A stretch of 63,275 bases of DNA, filler included, from Octopus bimaculoides (lineage: Eukaryota): assembly GCF_001194135.2 (NCBI RefSeq). It is 8 parts of 8 records of this genome, joined end to end, with 100 filler letters (N's around TTAATTAATTAA, not from the genome) between each part and the next. Parts side by side here need not be neighbours in the genome. Positions count along the whole stretch, not along the records: positions 48,136 to 56,366 come from NC_068981.1; positions 56,467 to 58,537 come from NW_026381989.1; positions 58,638 to 61,145 come from NC_068983.1; positions 61,246 to 63,275 come from NC_068987.1; 4 more parts are not named here. One strand, given 5' to 3'. A program made the position numbers and the translations under genes. Positions 52,777 through 63,275 of the stretch are shown here, in pieces; position 1 is the stretch's first letter; each line of letters opens with the position of its first letter. The notes beneath the pieces were generated by a model. That model did no database searches and was not told the DNA's origin. It was given only the letters and a program-made list of their open reading frames with translations.

Positions 52777-53443
52777 TAAATTTCTGAGTCAGATATAAAC
52801 AGTAGCAATACGGAATCGTAACATATAATTGCCAACCAAGAGTGGCGACCCATACGAGACAGTGCTACTGCAGTTTATAGCCCCAGGAATGCATCTCTTC
52901 CAGCTGGCCAACGAAACACATGCTGTGTCCGATTAGTATTTGTGAGGGGTGGTCATCGCTTCCATCCCTAGCCTTACGTGATACACACGGACTCGAGTTT
53001 CTGGGTGGTTACCCGTCCTCAGCATGTGTTAATCACCAGCTGGAGAGGAAAACTCGCCCCACTCGCAAAATAATATATGCTTGGTCTATAAACGTCAGTA
53101 GCACTGTCCTCTATGAGGCGCCATAATTGGCAATTATATGTTACGATTCCGTATTGCTACTGTTTACATTTCGCTCAGAGATTTAATATAGTTTAGTATT
53201 TTGCGAGTGGCGTGAGTTTTCATCACTAGCTGAAGATTAACACACGCTGAGAAGGGTTAACCACTCAGAAACTCGAGTCCGTGTGTATCACGCATGGCTA
53301 TGGATAGCAGTGATGATCTCCCCTCGCAAATACTAATCGGATACAGAATATGAGTCGTTGACCAGCTGGAAGAGATGTATAGCTGGGGCTATAAATATTA
53401 GTAGCACTGTCCTGTGTTGGACGCCACACTTGGTTGGCAATTA
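52777..53443. repeat. Interleaved inverted-repeat element with block order X-Y-Z / Y'-X' / Z'-Y'
   Basis: About 53085-53185 is the reverse complement of 52777-52880, and about 53197-53443 is the reverse complement of 52827-53071. Arms are visibly diverged. Confidence 0.8.
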
Positions 53444-55399
53444 CCTGATGAAGGGTCGTTCTTTATGCTGTTTGTCTTGTTTTCCATTTGTGTCTTTCGT
53501 TTTTTCGAAAGAATAGTTCATACTCCATGTACTCCTACTTCGTATTTTTTGTTGTACATGTTTCGTGACGTCCTGTGCCCACATTTGCATATATGTANNN
53601 NNNNNNNNNNNNNNNNNNNNNNNNNNNNNNNNNNNNNNNNNNNNNNNNNNNNNNNNNNNNNNNNNNNNNNNNNNNNNNNNNNNNNNNNNNNNNNNNNNNN
53701 NNNNNNNNNNNNNNNNNNNNNNNNNNNNNNNNNNNNNNNNNNNNNNNNNNNNNNNNNNNNNNNNNNNNNNNNNNNNNNNNNNNNNNNNNNNNNNNNNNNN
53801 NNNNNNNNNNNNNNNNNNNNNNNNNNNNNNNNNNNNNNNNNNNNNNNNNNNNNNNNNNNNNNNNNNNNNNNNNNNNNNNNNNNNNNNNNNNNNNNNNNNN
53901 NNNNNNNNNNNNNNNNNNNNNNNNNNNNNNNNNNNNNNNNNNNNNNNNNNNNNNNNNNNNNNNNNNNNNNNTATATATATACGTATAGATGTAAGTATTT
54001 ACATATACGTATGTATATATGCATATATATGTATTATTTATATTATTATATGACTGAACGCCACGCATCCTCTTCTAGGTAAGTTTTATCTTAATAATTC
54101 TGATGCGCACTCTATACGGTCTTTTGACTCTTTCGTTTTTCTCTTTCTCTCTCTTATTGTTTTACCTCCTCTTCTCCCACTATTCTATCCTATTATTCTG
54201 TCACTCTCTCTCCCTCCCTCCTCCTCCCTTTCTCACGTGGCTCCCACATGACCATCGGCCATCTTTCTTTCTTCTCCTAACTTGTGTTTCTTTCCGTTGT
54301 AACTGGAACAAGGAAGACGTGTTCTTGTCTATCTCCTACCCAAGCTTGATTTACACGTTCACCACCACAACCTCGTTTAGGCATAGCAGCCCTTCCTGTT
54401 TGTTTTCATTGTCCTGTTTGTGTTACCAATTTTGACCCTCAGAGGCTATAGTAGAAGACACTTGCACAAGGTGTCACACAGTGAGACTGAACCCGGAGCC
54501 ATGTTATTGGTAAGCAAGGTATTTACTACACAGCCACTCCTATGAACAATGGGCAGAGAAGTTGGAGAGTAGAACTAAATGCATCACTTGCAGTATTTAT
54601 ATATTTTTCTCTTATAATTGTTCAATACATTGGATTGTGGCCATGCTGGGGCACCACTTTGAAGGGTTTAGTCTAACAGACCACCCCCAGTACTTGTTTT
54701 TTTAAAACCTGGTTGTTTATCGGTCTCTGCCGAATCCCTGAGATATGGGGACGTAAACAAACCAACACCGCTGGTCAAGCGGTCCGGTTTGAGACGAGCA
54801 AAAAAATATACACGCACACATTTATATCTATGTATGCGTGTTTGTGAGTGTGTGGTGTTTGTGTTTGTGTGTGAGTGTGTTTGTGTGTGTGCGTATGTGG
54901 AGCCGCGTAATCTACTGGTTAGACTGTTGCAGGCATGATCATAAAATTTTTATGCCGGTTTCGATTCCTGGGCCGCGTGATTCGTTGTGCTTTTCAGAGC
55001 AAAGCACTTTATTTCGTGTTGCTCCAAGTCCATTCAGCTGGCGAAAACGAGTAAGCCTGCAACAGACTGGCGTCCCGTCCAGTGTTGGGCAAATATATAC
55101 GACACTGAATCTAGAAAACCGGCCTTAGGGCTCGGAACGGACCTTTGATCTTTTATATGTGTGCGCGCGTGTGTGTGAGTATGTGTGCGTGCGTGCAGGT
55201 GTGTGCTCCTGAGGTAATACAGCAGGGTGTACAATAGTATATGTGTGTGGCTTAAGTGCATGTGTGTGTGTGTGTGTGTGTGTTGTTGTACTCTGGCATA
55301 AGCGAATGCGTGTATGCATGAGGGTATGTATATTATACTAATGAGCATGTGTGCGTGTGAGTGTATGTCTATATATGTGTGCGTCTGTATGTGTGTGTA

Positions 55400-56086
55400 C
55401 AGTAATCCCTGGCCATATCGCGGTTCATCTATCGCGGTTTATTATTTAAGCTTACGGCGATTCCTCTGTGGTGTTGCTTTGCATTTATAATGAAATAAAT
55501 ATCTACAAATTATGAAAATAATTTTACCGCCAGCATTGCCCAAACGACCTGAACATTAGTTTCAAGGTTCATCCAAGGTTGGGACCACGGGCCATACGTC
55601 CCCTGCCCAATTCAGGATCACAACATATAGGTACNNNNNNNNNNCGGGCCATACGTCCCCTGCCCAATTCAGGATCACAACATATAGGTACATTGCGGTA
55701 TAATTTCTTTTCCTCAACAGGCCCTGCTCTGTTTAACATTGTCCCGAAACAGATTATAGAGGAAAAGGATCCTACCAGCTTTAAACGGAGTCTAGACAGA
55801 TTTCTTCAAGGAATACCAGACAAGCCACCCATACCTGGATACAACTCACGCAACAAGAACTCACTACTTGAATGGACCATAAACAAAACTTGACTGTAAA
55901 AAGGATTTAGATAATCCTATCAGGTGGTTCTATTAAGCTAGACATGGCCTGGACCAATCTTTGGTCGAAACATATCTAAGTTTATATAAGTTTATATGCA
56001 CTACAGTACTGTTTCTACTTCGCGGATTTTCACCTATCGCGGAGTGGTTTTGAAACGTAACACCCGCGATAGTCGAGGGATTACTG
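55400..56086. mobile_element. pogo/Tigger-like MITE interrupted by a LINE fragment
   Basis: TIRs ta|cagtaatccct.g..atatcgcgg and ccgcgatagtcgagggattactg|ta with TA flanks; the CR1-group fragment sits between the two halves. Confidence 0.8.
55531..55985 (+). mobile_element. CR1/L2-group LINE 3' fragment, second copy
   Basis: Close match to the reverse complement of 49330-49727, including the 3' UTR. Confidence 0.8.
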
Positions 56087-57479
56087 TATGTCTATATGTG
56101 TATGTGTGTGTGTTGTGTGTCCATATGTGTGCGTGTGTGTGCGCGCGCGTATGTAGTGGAGCATCGGTGTGTTCGCGGTATATGGGACGTAGTGTGTTGC
56201 ATGATTAAATACCCTGTTTTTTACTCCATATTTGCTTGTCAAAAACGATTCCAATTGAAATAATTGAATGAATAACAAATTACAAACTATTATACAATAA
56301 ACTAAAACGGTGGCGGCGGAGGAGGAGGAGGAAGCGGAGGTGGTGGAAGGAATAGACGGTCGTGGGNNNNNNNNNNNNNNNNNNNNNNNNNNNNNNNNNN
56401 NNNNNNNNNNTTAATTAATTAANNNNNNNNNNNNNNNNNNNNNNNNNNNNNNNNNNNNNNNNNNNNAAAATTATATAAAGAAATTTTACCGCTTTCGATT
56501 AATCTTATCAAATATCAGTAAAAATTTATAAAAATTTGAAGTAAAAACAGTAATAATTCTAGGATGGGATTTATAAATATTTAATACATCGGTACGTACG
56601 TTTCCACAAATCACATGGTTTTGACATCAGATTCGCTTTTCTTGGGATTAGTACAGCATAGTCCGTATTATCCCTGGGCTAATTTTGATTATTCTGTATC
56701 ATCGTGATCATTTATGGACTAACGAGGTAATTGATTCGCGGTCTTTCGACCTGCTAGAAATAGCAACTGAATTACTCCATATCACACTTTGGAACAAGAA
56801 GGGGGAGAATACAGGAGTTAACGTAATACTAGATGCATCATAAGAAGACTGACTGCTTAAGCTTGGAACACCGTTGGTTCAAATCTTTGGTCTGTTCAAT
56901 TATCACCGTGGTTATCCCCCCTCCTCCTCCTCCTCCTCCTCCTCCTCCTTATAATCGTCGTCCTTATCATCATCAACATCGTCATCATTGTCATCATTTT
57001 AACCATCATCGTCATCATCATCTACCATCGCCATTGTCAACATTATCATCAGCTTCACTGTCACCACCACCACCACCACCANNNNNNNNNNNNNNNNNNN
57101 NNNNNNNNNNNNNNNNNNNNNNNNNNNNNNNNNNNNNNNNNNNNNNNNNNNNNNNNNNNNNNNNNNNNNNNNNNNNNNNNNNNNNNNNNNNNNNNNNNNN
57201 NNNNNNNNNNNNNNNNNNNNNNNNNNNNNNNNNNNNNNNNNNNNNNNNNNNNNNNNNNNNNNNNNNNNNNNNNNNNNNNNNNNNNNNNNNNNNNNNNNNN
57301 NNNNNNNNNNNNNNNNNNNNNNNNNNNNNNNNNNNNNNNNNNNNNNNNNNNNNNNNNNNNNNNNNNNNNNNNNNNNNNNNNNNNNNNNNNNNNNNNNNNN
57401 NNNNNNNNNNNNNNNNNNNNNNNNNNNNNNNNNNNCCTCCTCCTCCTCCTCCTCATCATCATCATCTTCCACAACATAA

Positions 57480-58129
57480 GTTGGCGCAGCAATAACGACT
57501 ATAATAACATGAAAAATAACAACAACAACAACGAAAGTAGCAGCAATGACAAATAAGAGCAACAAAAATAACGCTAAAATAAACAATAACAAAAATAACA
57601 ACAAAAACAAGAAACACCAGTAACAATAACAATAGGAAGAGCAACAATGAAAATAACAAAAAGACACAATAACAATAATAAAATTACGCCAACAACAACA
57701 ACAACAACACGAACAGCAATTGTAATAACAACATTAACAACAAATACAACAATGATACAACGACAACCACACTGGAACTGTTACGTATTCACGGATGTGG
57801 TTAGTATTTTTAGTATGATTTACAACGACGAAATAAGCACATATTCCATTGATGGTGATGATGATGGTGATGATGATGATGGTAATGATGATGATGGTGG
57901 TGGTAGTGGAGGAGGTGGTGGTAGTAATGGTGGTAATAGTGACGACGACGACGGCGACGACGATGATGACGATGATGATGATGGTGATGATGGTGATGCT
58001 AATGGTGATTATGATGATGATGATAATGATGATGATGATAATGATGATGATGATGATGGTGTTAATGATTATGATGATGACATTGGTGGTGATGGAGGTG
58101 GTGGTGCTAGTTGTGGTGATAGTGATGAC

Positions 58130-58173
<44 letters not shown>

Positions 58174-58356
58174 CGGTGGTGGAGTGATGGTGGAGGTGGT
58201 GGTGATGCTGCTGACGAAGACGGCGTCGACGGCGACGACGACGATGATGATGATGATTATAGTAGTGGTAGTGGTGACGGTGATGACGATGACGATAATG
58301 ATGATGATGATGATGGCAGAGGAGGTGGTGATGGTGGTGATGACGATTACGATGAC

Positions 58357-58390
<34 letters not shown>

Positions 58391-58537
58391 GTGATGGTGG
58401 TGGTGAAAGTGGTAGTGGTGGTAGAAGTGATGGCGATGGAGGTGGTGGCGGTGATGATGATGATGAAGATGATGATAATGATAAAGAAGACGATGATGAT
58501 GCCAAGTGCGTTGATGGTCGTTCTACTGCTGCTGCTG
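57480..58537. repeat. Compound trinucleotide low-complexity tract (AAC/AAT, then GAT/GGT/GAC)
   Basis: Mosaic of degenerate trinucleotide repeats; the triplet register shifts relative to the ORF frame near 58190. Confidence 0.85.
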
Positions 58538-59577
58538 NNNNNNNNNNNNNNNNNNNNNNNNNNNNNNNNNNNNNNNNNNNNTTAATTAATTAANNNNNNN
58601 NNNNNNNNNNNNNNNNNNNNNNNNNNNNNNNNNNNNNGAATCTGAACTTGTAGTCTGGGTGGAGTATCTGCAAATTTCTCAGTAGCTCGGCGTAGTTGTT
58701 CTCTTTTACTCTAATCTTTGTGTACGTACGTACGTATGTATGTATGTATGTATGTATGTATGTATGTATGTATGTATGTGTCTATGCATGTACGTATGCA
58801 TCTATATATATGTGCGTGTATATGTATGCATGTGCCGCGTGTTTGTGTCTGTGTGTGTGGGTGTGAGTGTACATGTATTTGGTAGCAAATGCTTACGTGT
58901 TTTGTTTGCATGTCTAAGTGTCTGTCTGTGTCTCTCCATTTATGCGTAATTGTATAAGCATTCATATGTTAAGTATATATGTACATGAGCTTTACTATGT
59001 CACCGTGTAACTGCGCGCGCGCGTGTGTAGGCGTGTGTAAGTGTATTTGTTTGTATATACTTCCAATGTGTATGTGTGTGTGTGTGTCTATGACGAAGTT
59101 GATATTTATGTCTGCTCATTAAAATGAGCATTGAGTATGACTTAGTATCAGAATGTCCTTTTCCAGTCATAGACATACTGCAGTCGGTGGGATTTTCTGA
59201 ATGGCATGCCTAACGAAAAATTACCTTGAATTTTTTTTTTAGTAGTGTATTCTGCCTGATGACGAACCATGTCTCATTTGGTTTGCTTCTCGAAAAAGAT
59301 TACCCATATCTGTCCCCTAGGCTTCGATCCTATTTTAGGTTCCTGTGTCATTGCGAGCAAGCAGAGATACTCTCATGGCCCTCACAGCGTTGACCCAGCA
59401 GAACTACAAAGACGTAAAAGTTGGAGAGAGGGGGGGGAGAGGATTGTACTCCAGTTCTTTGGTATTTATTTCATCGAAGGACGAGAAGCCAAACTGATCA
59501 TGAATTCAGAATGTAAGTAACTGGTAAGTAACACCGCAAAGCATTTTGTCAGACGCTCGAGTAATTGCTTTCTACTA

Positions 59578-59778
59578 TAGGCACAAGGCCTGAAATTTGT
59601 GGGGAGGGGCGAGTCGATTAGATCGACCCCAGTACGCAACTGGCACTTAATTTATCGACCCCGAAAGGATGAAAGGCAAAGTCGACCTCGGCAGAATTTG
59701 AACTCAGAACATAAAGACAGACGAAATACCGCCAAGCATTTCGCCCAGCGTGCTAACGATTCTGTCAGCTCGCTGCCT
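59578..59778 (-). mobile_element. SINE family B copy, duplicated at 59838-60000 across a 20-N gap
   Basis: Reverse complement of the family B consensus; about 200 bp are repeated almost exactly on both sides of the gap. Confidence 0.8.
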
Positions 59779-60838
59779 TAGACGCTCGAGTAATTCCGCT
59801 AATTCACCGCTTCAGGTNNNNNNNNNNNNNNNNNNNNAGACCGACCCCAGTACGCAACTGGCACTTAATTTATCGACCCCGAAAGGATGAAAGGCAAAGT
59901 CGACCTCGGCAGAATTTGAACTCAGAACATAAAGACAGACGAAATACCGCCAAGCATTTCGCCCAGCGTGCTAACGATTCTGCCAGCTCGCTGCCTTAGA
60001 CGCTCGAGTAATTCCGCTAATTCACCGCTTCAGGTTGGTACTTTTGTTTTCTCGACACCAGAAGGCGGAAAAGCAGAGACGACCTCGGCGTGGTTTGAAC
60101 TCTGAACATTTTGTCTGACACTTTAACGACTGCGTCGATTCAGAGACTATGTCTGTATATTGATTAAATTGAATGTGCGTGTGAATGTTGATGTATTGGT
60201 GTGTGAATGCTTGTGTTTATGTATAGGGAAATACGCGTGCACACACGTGTGTGTGTGTGTGTATGCGTGCGCGGAGTTTTAAATTTTCTTTTTTGTTTTA
60301 CCCTAAAGTTTTGATACATCAGCTATTTGCGTCTCGTGCATGGAAGTAGTTATGTGGTTATGTATGTGTTTATATGTGTAACAAAATGGTTATCTAGTGT
60401 TTGTGTGCATATGATGTTGTACCGGTTTGAGTATTTGCATCAGTAACTCAAAACTTGTGTTGGTTTATGTGTGTGTGTGTGTGCGTGCAAATCGTTGTAT
60501 ATGCATGTGTGAATGTAACTGTGTATAAGTGTACAGGTAAAGATGTATGATACCCTGTATTTCTGTTTCAATGTGTACATGTATATGCCATTTGTGCGTT
60601 TTGTTTCCTGCGTTCATTAACCTGTCCGTGTTTTGGTTTGTGACATCATAAGGAAATTTCCTGCAGGAACAAGCTTGCAATCCAGTTTCGATTTTTAATG
60701 GTAATTGTTTTAATTATTTAATCTCCTGATTATATAAATAATTCATGTTGCTTTTGAAAAAAGGCATGGCCTTGTCTACTTCCACTCCTTTGCACTTAGT
60801 CAAGTAATTGACTTTTTCTATTACACTAATACTTGATA

Positions 60839-60864
60839 TCTATATGTATAAAAATGAGAATGTG

Positions 60865-60903
<39 letters not shown>

Positions 60904-61145
60904 GTGAATCCCTAAAACTCGAGAACTACGCAACCAATTTCATTCAAATTTTACACATGCCTTACTTAGGGTTCCAGTTGTGTTTTAATCAAAAAAAAGT
61001 TTTAACTTCTTGCAGAGTTCGAGCCCACGGCAACATAATATCTCCTCCACTATTTAAGTATTACGTGTCAAAAGTGAAACAAAAACACTCCTGTCAAATA
61101 CTTTCACTTTAAAAATGAAACTATTCTACTAACTGAAACAATCAC
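60839..61145 (+). mobile_element. Non-autonomous Helitron-like element, 5' part
   Basis: Starts tctatatgtataaaa, then (GTCT)n and aactacgcaaccaatttcattcaaatttt, the layout of short microsatellite-carrying Helitron derivatives. The 3' end is lost in a gap. Confidence 0.5.
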
Positions 61146-61295
61146 NNNNNNNNNNNNNNNNNNNNNNNNNNNNNNNNNNNNNNNNNNNNTTAATTAATTA
61201 ANNNNNNNNNNNNNNNNNNNNNNNNNNNNNNNNNNNNNNNNNNNNGAAAATACAATAACCGAGAGGATCTAGAATAAATAACTATTCGATGCCAT

Positions 61296-61630
61296 GGTGA
61301 AGGCACATGACCTAGTGGTTAGGGAAGCAGACTTGCAGTCGAGGGATCACGGGTTCGAATCTCAGACCGGGCGATGTTGTGTGTGTGTGTGTGTGTGTGT
61401 GTATATTTAGGAGCGAAAAACACCTAAGCTCCACGCGGCACCAGTAGAAAGTAATCGTGAACTTCTGCTGACTTTTTCACCACGACTTTTTTTTCACTCT
61501 TTCCTCCTCCATCCAGCAGCTCACCTGCGACGGATCGGCGTCCCGTCCAGGTGGGGTACCTATGCGCCAATGAAACCGGGAAACCGGCCCTTATGAGCCA
61601 GTCGAGCATGGCTGAGAATGAACAACAGCA
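61296..61630 (+). mobile_element. Full-length tRNA-derived SINE family C
   Basis: tRNA-like head (tgacctagtggttaggg...gggttcgaatctc), (GT)n, core cagctcacctgcgacggatcggcgtcccgtccagg and an AAC-rich tail. Relatives at 7505 (-), 54895 (+) and 62440 (+). Confidence 0.85.
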
Positions 61631-61756
61631 CCATTAATTGAAATATGTAAACATCTGGCTTCTTTTCTTGTTTGTAGAATTAGTAAGACTGTTGAGTTTA
61701 GAGCTCTACGCAGGTTATCATAATCCAGCCTGCTTCCAATATAGTGGTTTAGTAAG

Positions 61757-62069
61757 GCAGCGAGCTGGCAGAAACGTTAGCACGCCGGGCGAAATGCTTA
61801 GCGGCATTCGCCTGCCGAGGTCGACTTTGCCATTCATCCTTTCGGGGTCGATAAATTAAGTATCAGTTACGCACTGGAGTCGATGTAATGGGCTTAATCC
61901 GTTTCTCTGTCCTTGTTTGTCCCCTCTGTGTGTAGCCCCTTGTGGGCAATAAAGAAATAAGAAACATTGGCACGCCGGGCGAAATGCTTAGCGGTATTTC
62001 GTCTGTCTTTACGTTCTCAGTTCAAATTCCGCCGAGGTCGACTTTGCCTTTCATCCTTTCAAGGTCGAT
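61757..62069 (+). mobile_element. SINE family B, two adjacent partial copies
   Basis: gcgagctggcagaaacgttagcacgccgggcgaaatgcttagcgg...gaggtcgactttgcc; the head is repeated near 61965. Confidence 0.75.
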
Positions 62070-63275
62070 NNNNNNNNNNNNNNNNNNNNNNNNNNNNNNN
62101 NNNNNNNNNNNNNNNNNNNNNNNNNNNNNNNNNNNNNNNNNNNNNNNNNNNNNNNNNNNNNNNNNNNNNNNNNNNNNNNNNNNNNNNNNNNNNNNNNNNN
62201 NNNNNNNNNNNNNNNNNNNNNNNNNNNNNNNNNNNNNNNNNNNNNNNNNNNNNNNNNNNNNNNNNNNNNNNNNNNNNNNNNNNNNNNNNNNNNNNNNNNN
62301 NNNNNNNNNNNNNNNNNNNNNNNNNNNNNNNNNNNNNNNNNNNNNNNNNNNNNNNNNNNNNNNNNNNNNNNNNNNNNNNNNNNNNNNNNNNNNNNNNNNN
62401 NNNNNNNNNNNNNNNNNNNNNNNNNNNNNNNNNNNNNNNCAGAAACACCTAAAGCTCCACGAAGCCCCGGCAGGGGATGGTGGTGAACCCTGCTGTACTC
62501 TTCCACCACAACTTTCTCTCACTCTTACTTCCTGTTTCTGTTGTGCCTGTAATTCAAAGGGTCAGCCTTGTCACACTGTGTCACGCTGAATATCCCCGAG
62601 AACTACGTTAAGGGTACACGTGTGTGTGGAGTGCTCAGCCACTTGCACGTTAATTTCACGAGCAGGCTGTTCCGTTGATCGGATCAACTGGAACCCTCGA
62701 CGTCGTAAGCGACGGAGTACCAACAACATTTAGTAGTATTACTGGTTATGATACACAGAGCAAATGTAGGAGAAATTAGGAGAAGCATAAGTTTATATCA
62801 TTCTGCCAAATGTTTTCATTCTTATTTCCTCTCAAAATGCTAACTGATTCTCTCGCCATCTGTTCAACTTTAGATATTTGATCTCTGGAACATGATGCAA
62901 TGAAGTGTTTCCTTGGTGATCCGTTATGGTTAAGCATCCACTTGCACTTGGAACAACCAATGCAGATGTTCCAAACAACCTCAACGGTGGAACATATGTA
63001 GCGAACAAATGATATAAACTTGTGTTTGTCTTAATTTTTTTTCTACACTTGCTCAGATGTAGTTTCACATCTGCAAAAGTTGACAAACATTCTTGTCAAG
63101 ACATGTTTTATTAAAAGAAAATCTATGAGATAATTGATATTAGAAATCAAATACTTCTATTGCCGAAGTTATAATCAGCAGCTATGGGACTATATTTGAG
63201 AATGATAAAGTCAAATCGAATTTTCGGAAGATAAAAAAAAATAAAAAATGATACTGAAAAAAAAAAAAAAAAAAA

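Noticed and set aside
49718-55545. Both CR1-group fragments appear to start at the same cagcattgYccaaac position
   Set aside because: The first copy shows weak further upstream similarity (SLELRLLDR versus SLERRRER), so a shared fixed 5' end is not supported.
57647-58585. 312-aa Asp/Gly/Met-rich ORF suggesting an acidic biomineralisation protein
   Set aside because: Compound trinucleotide tract whose register shifts mid-ORF from poly-D to poly-M/V; no signal peptide; runs into a gap; similar tracts occur elsewhere in the window.
59256-59310. CTGATGA followed by a 7-bp hairpin (possible hammerhead)
   Set aside because: GAAA does not follow stem II directly, and stems I and III cannot be formed.
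61296-61375. Possible tRNA gene
   Set aside because: A and B boxes are present, but the sequence continues into a SINE body with other copies in the window and lacks a proper acceptor stem.
62832-63086. Minus ORF containing TDHQGNTSLHH, an ankyrin-like motif
   Set aside because: Single short motif; flanking residues do not fit the ankyrin consensus and no neighbouring repeats were found.

Overview
Repeat-rich, AT-rich animal genomic DNA. The SINE families and microsatellite load look like an octopus or other coleoid cephalopod (inference from recalled repeat sequences, not a search). The window is a scaffold of at least 8 pieces joined by artificial 100-bp spacers (44 N + TTAATTAATTAA + 44 N), plus many ordinary N gaps. 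Nearly all ORFs in the supplied track are microsatellite translations. One host gene is recognisable: the first coding exon of CEP104 on the minus strand (4435-4547), with the rest of the gene lying left of the window. The remainder is tRNA-derived SINEs, RTE and CR1-group LINE fragments, two Penelope-like element (PLE) relics, Tc1/mariner/DD37D relics and MITEs. Most notable: (1) a 10.5 kb CpG-saturated (TACG)/(TTCG) satellite (37512-48035) with kb-scale higher-order repeats and an internal strand-polarity inversion near 43275; (2) a fully paired minimal type I hammerhead ribozyme at the 3' end of a PLE (6698-6739); (3) a 226-bp foldback (32648-32873); (4) an interleaved inverted-repeat element (52777-53443); (5) a decayed tandem array of tRNA-like units (8291-8900). 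All alignments were done by eye and repeat boundaries are approximate.
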